Below the pieces are notes generated by a model. That model was not told the origin of the DNA and searched no databases. It saw only the letters and a program-made list of their open reading frames with translations. A DNA stretch of 64,000 nt, taken from contig OZ024755.1 of NCBI GenBank assembly GCA_964016885.1, positions 27,590,001-27,654,000 on the forward strand. Reading direction: 5' to 3'. Positions within the stretch are counted from its first letter, which is position 1, and each line of letters begins with the position of its first letter. This document shows positions 50,730 to 61,904 of the stretch, piece by piece. Both the position numbers and the translations under genes were made by a program. This DNA is from Eledone cirrhosa (lineage: Eukaryota).

Positions 50730-51602
50730 GAACAATACCTTAACGTCAGTATGAGTGGCCATTTACAGCTGGTTTGTACAGAAAGAGTTGAGAGAATTCT
50801 GGCCGTATACGGCGGGTTTAAAGGCTAAAGCGTTCAGCAAGAGAAAGGCACAGCTAGTAGTAGAAAATTATGGAAATTTGATGATGAAAGTTTTAATGAA
50901 GAAGATTCATTGTTGTTAAACAGCCATTGGGGGTTGGGTGACACAGACCTTCAATATGGACAAAGTACCAACCTATATGTCTATTTTCCATGTGTCAGCC
51001 TGGGCAAGAAGGGCTGCCATGCTTTGAGACTAGGCCAGACATGGGGGGAAGAGTATAGGCTATATGCTGAGTGCCCAGGGAAGGGAAGAGACGTCCTACC
51101 AGGAGAAAAGGAAGAGCTGGGTTATGGGAATGACCCGGAAGCAAGTGGGTAGTGTTTGACATATTGTGAAATGTGCCTGGCTTTCTATGTTGGATAGGAA
51201 AGATGATTCAAGTATGTGAGTGTGAAGGGAGGTGGGGCTGGGGTGGGGTGGGGGGTAATGGGTTGGGCAAGGAAGGTGCATCAGGGAAAGTTTGCTCAAT
51301 CTTTCCTGCTCAAGCTTCCTAGGGGAAAAGAAGAAGGGTATTACTGGGCTAATGGCGGTTAGATGGGGAAATTGGAAGTATACTGGCATGCCAGGACCTA
51401 AATATTCCATTTTTCAGCTTTTTCGAATTTAAGGTGGGGAAGGTGGGTGGAAGGGGAGTTAGGACCATACAGACAGGTGGGGGCCACCTACTCAATACTC
51501 ATTCATCCTGTTTGTGAAGGGAGACAAATATTTTGCAGTATGGCATGTCACCAGTCATCATCTTCATGAGGCTCAGCTGTGAGAAGTTGGCCTTCACAAC
51601 AT

Positions 51603-54468
51603 GTGGTCGTGTAAGAGACACAGCAAAACACACCCAGCCCACTCTGTAAAGTGGTCGTGTAAGAGACACAGCAAAACACACCCAGCCCACTCTGTAAAGT
51701 GGTCGTGTAAGAGACACAGCAAAAAACACCCAGCCCACTCTGTAAAGTGGTCGTGTAAGAGACACAGCTAAAAACACCCAGCCCACTCTGTAAAGTGGTC
51801 GTGTAAGAGACACAGCTAAAAACACCCAGCCCACTCTGTAAAGTGGTCGTGTAAGAGACACAGCTAAAAACACCCAGCCCACTCTGTAAAGTGGTCGTGT
51901 AAGAGACACAGCTAAAAACACGCAGCCCACTCCATAAAGTGGTCGTGTAAGAGACACAGCTAAAAACACCCAGCCCACTCTGTAAAGTGCTCGTGTAAGA
52001 GACACAGCAAAACACACCCAGCCCACTCTGTAAAGTGGTTGTATAAGAGACACAGCTAAAAACACCCAGCCCACTCTGTAAAGTGGTCGTGTAAGAGACA
52101 GCTAAAAACACCCATCCCACTCTGTAAAGTGGTCGTGTAAGAGACACAGCTAAAAACACCCAGCCCACTCTGTAAAGTGGTCGTGTAAGAGACAGCTAAA
52201 AACACCCAGCCCACTCTGTAAAGTGGTCGTGTAAGAGACACAGCTAAAAACACCCAGCCCACTCTGTAAAGTGGTCGTGTAAGAGACACAGCAAAAAACA
52301 CCCAGCCCACTCTGTAAAGTGGTCGTGTAAGAGACACAGCTAAAAACACCCAGCCCACTCTGTAAAGTGGTCGTGTAAGAGACACAGCAAAACACACCCA
52401 GCCCACTCTGTAAAGTGGTCGTGTAAGAGACACAGCTAAAAACACCCAGCCCACTCTGTAAAGTGGTCGTGTAAGAGACACAGCTAAAAACACCCATCCC
52501 ACTCTGTAAAGTGGTCGTGTAAGAGACACAGCAAAACACACCCAGCCCACTCTGTAAAGTGGTCGTGTAAGAGACAGCTAAAAACACCCAGCCCACTCTG
52601 TAAAGTGGTCATGTAAGAGACACAGCTAAAAACACCCAGCCCACTCTGTAAAGTGGTCGTGTAAGAGACAGCTAAAAACACCCAGCCCACTCTGTAAAGT
52701 GGTCGTGTAAGAGACACAGCAAAAAACACCCAGCCCACTCTGTAAAGTGGTCGTGTAAGAGACACAGCTAAAAACACCCAGCCCACTCTGTAAAGTGGTC
52801 GTGTAAGAGACACAGCAAAACACACCCAGCCCACTCTGTAAAGTGGTCGTGTAAGAGACACAGCTAAAAACACCCATCCCACTCTGTAAAGTGGTCGTGT
52901 AAGAGACACAGCTAAAAACACCCAGCCCACTCTGTAAAGTGGTCGTGTAAGAGACACAGCTAAAAACACCCATCCCACTCCATAAAGTGGTCGTGTAAGA
53001 GACACAGCTAAAAACACCCAGCCCACTCTGTAAAGTGGTCGTGTAAGAGACACAGCAAAAAACACCCAGCCCACTCTGTAAAGTGGTCGTGTAAGAGACA
53101 CAGCTAAAAACACCCAGCCCACTCTGTAAAGTGGTCGTGTAAGAGACACAGCAAAAAACACCCAGCCCACTCTGTAAAGTGGTCGTGTAAGAGACACAGC
53201 TAAAAACACCCAGCCCACTCTGTAAAGTGGTCGTGTAAGAGACACAGCTAAAAACACCCAGCCCACTCTGTAAAGTGGTCGTGTAAGAGACACAGCAAAA
53301 AACACCCAGCCCACTCTGTAAAGTGGTCGTGTAAGAGACACAGCTAAAAACACCCAGCCCACTCTGTAAAGTGGTCGTGTAAGAGACACAGCAAAAAACA
53401 CCCAGCCCACTCTGTAAAGTGGTCGTGTAAGAGACACAGCAAAAAACACCCAGCCCACTCTGTAAAGTGGTCGTGTAAGAGACACAGCTAAAAACACCCA
53501 GCCCACTCTGTAAAGTGGTCGTGTAAGAGACACAGCAAAACACACCCAGCCCACTCTGTAAAGTGGTCGTGTAAGAGACACAGCTAAAAACACCCAGCCC
53601 ACTCTGTAAAGTGGTCGTGTAAGAGAAACAGCAAAAAACACCCAGCCCACTCTGTAAAGTGGTCGTGTAAGAGACACAGCAAAACACACCCAGCCCACTC
53701 TGTAAAGTGGTCGTGTAGGAGACAGCAAAAAACACCCAGCCCACTCTGTAAAGTGGTCGTGTAAGAGACACAGCTAAAAACACCCAGCCCACTCTGTAAA
53801 GTGGTCGTGTAAGAGACACAGCAAAAAACACCCAGCCCACTCTGTAAAGTGGTCGTGTAAGAGACACAGCTAAAAACACCCAGCCCACTCTGTAAAGTGG
53901 TCGTGTAAGAGACACAGCAAAAAACACCCAGCCCACTCTGTAAAGTGGTCGTGTAAGAGACACAGCTAAAAACACCCAGCCCACTCTGTAAAGTGGTCGT
54001 GTAAGAGACACAGCAAAAAACACCCAGCCCACTCTGTAAAGTGGTCGTGTAAGAGACACAGCAAAAAATACCCAGCCCACTCTGTAAAGTGATCGTGTAG
54101 GAGACATCAAAAAACACCCAGCCCACTCTGTAAAGTGGTCGTGTAAGAGACACAGCTAAAAACACCCAGCCCACTCTGTAAAGTGGTCGTGTAAGAGACA
54201 CAGCTAAAAACACCCAGCCCACTCTGTAAAGTGGTCGTGTAAGAGACACAGCTAAAAACACCCAGCCCACTCTGTAAAGTGGTCGTGTAAGAGACACAGC
54301 AAAAAACACCCAGCCCACTCTGTAAAGTGGTCGTGTAAGAGACACAGCAAAAAACACCCAGCCCACTCTGTAAAGTGATCGTGTAGGAGACAGCAAAAAA
54401 CACCCAGGCCACTCTGTAAAGTGGTCGTGTAGGAGACTTGGCAAAAAAGCAACCAGCCCACACTGTAA
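51603..54468 (+). repeat. 48-bp tandem array, about 60 units
   Basis: Unit gtggtcgtgtaagagacacagctaaaaacacccagcccactctgtaaa, with a few 46-bp variants. Confidence 0.98.
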
Positions 54469-54859
54469 ATGTGGTTGGCATAAGGAAGGGCATCCAGCCA
54501 TAGAAATCTAGCCAGAAACAGTCCAATATGAGAAAGACACTGTCACTTGACTCAATTTACCTCTAATGGGACAAACCTATCTAACCCCTGCTAGTATGGA
54601 AAATAGATGTTAAACGATGAGGATGATGATGATGATCATCATCACCATCCCAATTTTTTTTTACGTCATCCTCTTCCATAGGTTTGATCAACATCGAACA
54701 CTCTGCATTTCTTTATACACCAGTCATCCTCCATATGCATCATCTCCATAGCAATGCAGTCACCCCTTCATCTCTCCTGCATAAATCATTACCATCATCA
54801 TTCAATGTCTGTTTTCCCTGCCAACTATATATATATAGTGAAATTATATATACATATAG

Positions 54860-55945
54860 TGAAAGAGTCAAATTAGATGAGATGCAGTTCAGTTTTGTGC
54901 CAGGGAAAAGTACTACAGAGGCCCTCTTCTTAGTGAGACGTTCTTAGCTAAGAATAAACTGCTGTATTTAGCTTTTGTTGATTTAGAGATGGCTTTTGAC
55001 AGAGTACCTCGATCTGTCATCTAGTGGTCCTTAAGGAAACTAGGCATAGAAGAAAGGCTTATAAGTGCAGTGCAAGCCATGTATAGAGGTGCTGTTAGTA
55101 AGGTGAGTGTAGGCAATGTGTTTAGTGAGGAATTCAGTGTGCAAGTAGGTGTTCATCAGGGCTCTGTCTTCAGCCCACTCCTGTTTATCATAGTGCTGCA
55201 AGCCACAACAGAAAAATTTAAGACAGGATGCTCAGAGAAACTCTTGTGTGTTGATGACCTGGTTCTAATAGTCAAATCTGTGGAAGAGCTAGAGAAGAAA
55301 TTCCAGCTTTGAAAAAAGAACTTAGAATCAAAAGGGCTTTAAGTAAACTTTGAAAAAATAAAAATTCTTATAAGCAGGAAAAATGACAAGACCTTGATCC
55401 TATCAGGAAAGTGGCCCTGCTCCATATGCTGAAAAGGTATAGGTAGTAACTCTGTAGGATGTACAAAATGTAAATCTTGAGTACACAAGAGGTGTAGTGG
55501 TATAGTAGGCAGACTAACAGGAAATGTAAACTTTACATGTGACAGATGTACTGGAATAGTTAGTAATAAAAGCAAAAGTGAAATAAACATTTTCCAATCC
55601 TAGGAAGGCTCTATACAAATAGTTGGTAACTAAGTGATAAAATAAATGGAGGATGCTGCTGCATTGAGAGCATAATAGTTAGAGTAAGAACAGGAGGGAA
55701 AGGGTTCAGAGAGCTGCTAACTCTGTTGACAGAAAAAGGTTTTTCTCTATGAAAGAAAGGCTGGCTGTATGATGCATGTGCACAAAGTGCAATATTGCAT
55801 GGTAGTAAGACATGGGCAGTAAATGCGGAAGATATGTAAAAGGCTGGAGAGAAATGAAGCAAGCATGCTTTGATGGATGTGTCATGTTAATATATATTTA
55901 AGGCAAATCATAGATGAGCTGAGAGAAGAGCTGGATATAAGACTT
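54860..55945 (+). mobile_element. RTE LINE reverse-transcriptase fragment, pseudogenised
   Basis: QFSFVPGKSTTEALF, LAFVDLEMAFDRVPR, GVHQGSVFSPLLF, LLCVDDLVL (YADD site), then a Cys-rich segment. Contains stop codons. Confidence 0.9.
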
Positions 55946-57599
55946 TCTTAGCTGTAAATTATATCTTTTGCAATTCTTTTAAACTCAGCTCAATTAATTC
56001 ATTTTAATTTCAAGATTATATCAACACAGCTGTCATTGTTAGTAACATTTATTGATGCTTCTGATAACCAAGTATAGCTCATTTCTATCTATAAAAATAT
56101 ATTCTTTATCTTTAAGACAACAAAAGATCCTAACATCTTTGTTTGACCTGCTAGAATTTTCCTCAAATCACATTATGTTTGAAAAAGAACAAATGAAATA
56201 TAATTCTAGACACACTACTCCTAAACAAAAGACTCTTGGGTCCCAAATAATAGTGTGGCTGGAAAATTGGTAACTTTTCTAGTTTGTCTCTGATGATTTA
56301 AAAAAACAAACAGAATTAGTTGTTTAGTTTACATATCGAGACCCCCCCCCCTCCCCAACCCATCCTATTTATTTTATAATGTACAGGATTTCCAGTATTG
56401 TACTTTTTTTGCCACTTATAATGTTTTTTAATGTCTAAAGAAAATTAATTGTCACAGAAATGCTACCACTTGAATTAAAATTTTGCTGGAGGTAGAATAG
56501 CAAAATTTTATAAGCTAGGTGGGGGGGGGGGGGATAAGTGTGGTGGTGGTGAAATAAAAGTGGGGGTGGGGAGGCTAAGCATTAGGTGGTGGTGATGATG
56601 GAAATATCTGAAAAATTATGAAGTGGTGTATTAGAGATCCAGGAGTAAAACAGGATCACCACAATTAAAATACCTTTAACCCTTTAGCATTTACATTTCA
56701 CTATATCTAAAAAAAAAAAAAATATATAATGAAATTATTGTGTACAGTGCTCAGGTGCACTACAACTATCAAAGGTGCATGTATAGTACATAGAATAATG
56801 TACAAATGTCAGGAAAGTGAACATGAGTCATGATATATATGTGTGCGTGTGTATGGAGGTGGGATATCAGGTGTAGTGTTGGTGAATTTCAGGAAGCATG
56901 GAGGTTTTAAAGGATGCAGTGTCCCGACAGCTAACAACTGATGCAGGTAGTTTGTTCCATGCTTCAGCAACTCTGAGCATGTATTTTCACGGTAAACACT
57001 TTACCTCACATAATTATCTCACATAATATCGAATCTATGAGATTTTGATGTTATTTATTTTGAGAACAGTACCTTAACAAGTATGAGCAGCCGGTTACAG
57101 CCAGTTTGAAGAGAAAGAGGTGAGAGAATTCTGGCCGGATATAGCTGGTTTAAATGCATGTTTCCTCAATCAGTGGTGACAATGAAATAGAGAAAAACAA
57201 TTTTCTATCTTCTAGAAAACTACTGAAATCTATGTTAATGCAGGAAAATGAATAACTGAATAGAAAAGAACATATAGATAAGAGAGTAATAACTCTAATG
57301 ACACATATGTGTGTGTGAGGATATTTGAAAGTGTAAAGTTCGACTATTTGGCTTTCAGTAATTGTTTAAAAATATAATACCCCAAAACTGAACTTCGTTT
57401 AACTTTGAACTGTTTGACTCATATACATGGAAAGAAAATGCAAATCTCTGTTTATTTAGAAATATTTCTACAGAAATTTTAGATCTGGGTCAACCCTTAT
57501 TGATCAGATCTCTGATTAAAGGTGTTCCAGTGATGGTATCTTGTCTTTATTTTATCTAAGCACTACACTATCTAACATGCTCTTCTTTTTTTATGAAGT

Positions 57600-57629
57600 C
57601 ATATATATATGTATGTATATATATATATA

Positions 57630-57662
<33 letters not shown>

Positions 57663-57693
57663 GTGTGTGTATATATATATATACATATATATT

Positions 57694-57728
<35 letters not shown>

Positions 57729-57783
57729 TCATTTCATTTTATTTCATTTCATTTTACGTCCGCTTTTCCCTGCTTGCAAGGGT

Positions 57784-57851
<68 letters not shown>
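57600..57851. repeat. (TA)n microsatellite block. Others at about 28278-28333, 28457-28492, 45108-45139, 49225-49277
   Basis: Read directly from the sequence. Confidence 0.95.
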
Positions 57852-57853
<2 letters not shown>

Positions 57854-58470
57854 CATCATCGTTTTTACGTCCATTTTCCATGCTTGGATGGGTTGGATGG
57901 GTTCCTTTCAGTGCAGCATTTCTCCACTCATCACATTCCTTTGTCATCTCCTCTGTGAGTCTCAGCAATTTGAGGTCAGTTCACACCATCTCTGCCCAGG
58001 TCTTCCTTGGTCTACCTCTACTGCTGTTTCCTTCCACTGGTATTTCCTGGAACTCCTTCACCTATTGATAATCATCCCTGCACATAACATGTCCGTACCA
58101 ATGCAGTCTTCTCTCCTGCCCACCACTTCAAATTCCTCTTAAACCCAGCTTCTCCCTCAGTTCATCCAAGCTCTGCCTCTCTCTCATATTTACATTGTAC
58201 ATCCAATGAAGCATAGCTACTTCATTTCTCTCCAGTCTACACATGTATCTGCAGTCAATGGCCATGTTTCACTACCATGCAGCATTGCATTTTGCACACT
58301 GGCATCATATAGTCGTTCTTTTGTATGTAGGGAGAAACCTTTTGTTATCAACTGTGGTAGTAGCTCTCTATACATCTTCCATCTTATCCTTATTCTAGCT
58401 ATTATGCTCTCAGAGCACCCTCCTTCACTGCTAATTAAGCCCCCTAGATAATAGAAACTATAATCACTTG
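57850..58470 (-). mobile_element. RTE LINE 3' fragment. Similar ones at about 4128-4300(-), 18220-18690(-), 46750-47340(-)
   Basis: YLGGLISSEGGCSESIIARIRIRWKMYRELLPQL...MLHGSETW, with a (GAT)n tail. Confidence 0.85.
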
Positions 58471-58499
58471 TGAGAGTTAGCAATGAATAAGTGATTAAT

Positions 58500-59900
58500 T
58501 TGAAGTGCAAGTGGGGAGTCCACCAGAGGTTGATCCTCTATCCACTTCTGTTTATCCTTGTTCTTAAGGCCATAATAAAGGAGTTTAAGACTGGTTGCCC
58601 ATGGGAGTTCTTTTAGTCCTTATAGTTGAGTCAATGGAAGGATAGAGGCAAAATTACAGGCATGGAAGAAAAATCTACAATTGGAAAACCTAAAAGTAAA
58701 CTTAGCAAAAACTAAGGTCTTAATAAGTAGGAAAGAAGACTTTGATACCATCTGGGAAATGGCCTTGTAAAGAGGTGGAAAAAAGCCCCATAAGGTGCAA
58801 ACAGTGTAATCTATCGATTCACAAGAGATGTAGTGAATTGGTGGCAAATTAATAGAAAAGATAGATGTATACAACAGATGTAAAAGAGAAATAAGCACTA
58901 AGAATACACACAAAATAGATTCCCTTAACATCCCAGGAAACTGCCTAGAAGTTGTGGATGGCTTTTATTTGTTAGATGACCTAATCAGTAATAGGAGAGA
59001 TTGCTCTGAAAGTGTAGGAGCTGGAGTAAGAATAGCCTGAAAGTCTCAGGAACTAGTACCACAGATAACAACTTAGGAGGTCTCTTTCAGTGAGAAGGGT
59101 AGACTATATAATGTCTGTGTGTATACAGCAATGCTACATGGTAGTGAGGCTTAGGTCTTGACTGCAGAAAATTTGTAAAGATTAGAAAGAAATGAGGCTA
59201 ATATGCTCTGGTGCATGTTAGTGTGAATGAGCATCACAGCATAAATGAGAGAAAAAAACTAGGCATAAGAAGAATTTGATGTAGTGTAGTGTGCAAGAGA
59301 GAAATTGCATTGATTTGGACATGTGATACATATTAAAGATGACAATTGTGTATAGAAGGGCAGAAAAATCTCAGTTGATGCGACTCATGGAAAAGGTAGA
59401 CCTAGGAAGACATGGTGTGAAGTAGTGAAGCTGAACCTCATGATAAATAACAAAGTACAGTTGTACCTCGGTATTCACGAGGGTTATGTTCCTAGAGCAC
59501 CTGCGAAGAGTGGAAAACCGCGAATATTGGACTTGCTCCATAAAAATGCCTATAAACATCAAAACATAACGTAAAATATAGGCCGGCAAATACAGTATAT
59601 TGTTATTGATAATTTAGAGTTAAAAGTGTGAAAAAATATATATTGTCATGAGAAAAGCCATAATAAAATTGCGGGAGATATTTACAATTCTACGAATATG
59701 TGGAGATTTCCATGAACAATTAGTAGTTAGGTTCTAAGGAAAATTCCACGAATAGCTGGGACTACAAGAGCCGGGACTGTGAATGTAGGGGGTATACAGT
59801 ATTATGAGGATTGGTGACATGTTGTACTGGAGAAGAATTGCCTTCTAACATAACAACATAACAATGTGACATGACCCAGCCATCTGATTCCTACATCACG
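58500..59900 (+). mobile_element. Old RTE LINE RT/3' fragment
   Basis: Degenerate VHQxxxLYPLLF, KEFKTGCPWE, LKVNLAKTKVL, MLHGSE and GRPRKTW. Confidence 0.75.
59458..59799. mobile_element. pogo/Tigger-like MITE inserted at a TA inside an RTE LINE
   Basis: TA|cagttgtacctcggtattcacg...gtgaatgtagggggtatacag|TA. LINE-like sequence continues on both sides. Confidence 0.6.
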
Positions 59901-59939
59901 CCATAGTAACTATCCTTACTATCACTGTAACTCACACTA

Positions 59940-60660
59940 CACCTCACTTCACTCTCCACCACCACCTCACTATCACTGTACATCCCACACCATCTCACTG
60001 TACACTCCCCCCCCCCCACCATCACTATAGCCCCCCACTATACACTCCACCCCACCACCACTACCACTATACACTACACCTCACCACCACCATCACTATA
60101 CACTCCACCTCACCACCACCATCACTATACACTCCTCCCCCACCACCATCACTATACACTCCTCCCCCACCACCATCACTATACACCCCCCATCACTATA
60201 CACTCCCCCCATCACTATACACTCCTCCCCCACCACCATCACTATACCCCCCACAACTATACACTCCACCCCACCACCACCACTATACACTCCACCTCAC
60301 CACCACCATCACTATACACTCCACCTCACCACCACCATCACTATACACTCCCTCCCACTATACACTCCACCCCACCACCACCACTATACACCACACCCAC
60401 CACCACCACCACCACGATACACTCCACCCCACCACCACCACTATACACTCCACCTCACCACCACCATCACTATACACTCCACCTCACCACCACCATCACT
60501 ATACACCCCCCCACTATACACTCCACCCCACCACCACCACTATACACCCCACCCACCACCACCACGATACACTCCACCCCACAACCACCACTATACACTC
60601 CACCCCCAACATACACTTCACCCTACTCCACCTCACCATCACTCTACCCAGGAGCAGCCA
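59940..60660. repeat. C/A-rich degenerate minisatellite (cactatacactccacctcaccaccaccat)
   Basis: Repeated cactataca motif with variable (cac)n and C runs. Confidence 0.9.
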
Positions 60661-61904
60661 GCCCCTCATTTAAATCCTGAAGCACCAGTCATATCCTTAG
60701 TAGCTGTTTATATCATCACTGCACACCCCTCCTTTAACAATGATCACCTCCCTCGCCAGCATCTCACAATCTGGGCAAATTCCACCGCACCTATCACACA
60801 TACATGACATATTCTCCCCCCTCCCCCAACTGCCCCCATCATACATCCATGCCATGACATTATATATACCATGCCCTTAATCATTGTCCCTTACTCATGG
60901 CTTACTTCCACAAGAAAACACAAGTTGAGTGTTTGACGTAGCCAAACAATTTAACCTGTTGACTGCTGCATATATTTTACACAGCTACAGTTGCTGTGTA
61001 AGGTTTTTTTCTCAGTAAAATAACTATTTTTTTAAAACAAACAATGGAGGCACATGGCTTAGTGGTTAGAGCATTGGTCTTGCAATCGAAAGGTTGTGAG
61101 TTCAATTCTCAGACCGGGTGATGTGTTGTTTCCTTGAGCAAGACACTTTATTTCACATTGCTCCAGTTTACTCAGCTGTAGAAATGAGATGATAGGGACT
61201 GGGATCCATATCATTCCACTGCAAAGTGGTCGTGGAGGTGCCACGGCAAAAAAGCACCCAGCACTCACTGTAAATGAGGTTGGTGTTAGGAAGGGCATCC
61301 AGCTGTAGAAATCAAGCCAGAATCAGTTCCCGTCCCACCCTTGCAAGCAGGGAAAAACGGACGTAAAATGATGATGATGATGATGATGAAACAATTATTA
61401 ACAACACATATCTGAATGATTGACAAACAGCACATCAATAAACTGTAACCCCATCTAGATTTGAAGTTATGAACTTTTGGAAGCGATTTTATAACTTTGA
61501 AGTTACGAACTTTTGGAAAAGAGTTCAATGTTAGGACGGGTAAAATGCGAAAGATTTATCTGCTTTGGGTGAGGAGTTATCTTGTCCGTGGCACTGGAAT
61601 GCATACAATGGAGGCACTGGAGAGGTTAAAGGAGTAGCTTTTAATTTATTAAAAGTGGGTTATTGAGTTCTTTCTTATAGATGTGATATTGTAACTATGT
61701 CAATAAGGTGTTTATCAGAATCTCGTGACATACTTTTGAAATATTTCGATTAAAAAATTATTTTTGTAGACCAGGTGACATAATCTTATCCATACATAAT
61801 TACAAAGACAATGTAAATGTCACTTTAGCTTTGACCTTGATTCATATAGCATTAGATTCCAAAGGGTATTTTATTTATAGAGAAAACTGCCCAAGCCAAT
61901 GCAA

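Noticed and set aside
50395-50828. Poly-Thr/Pro/Tyr ORFs
   Set aside because: They are translations of the trinucleotide repeat.
51499-54526. Long minus-strand ORFs, up to 494 aa
   Set aside because: They are translations of the 48-bp array. Several frames are open at once and shift at the 46-bp units, and the unit derives from a LINE UTR.
57541-58142. (YI)n ORFs
   Set aside because: They come from a (TA)n microsatellite plus antisense LINE sequence.
57850-59900. A single 5'-inverted (twin-primed) LINE
   Set aside because: Both halves contain the same 3' ORF region, so these are two separate head-to-head insertions.
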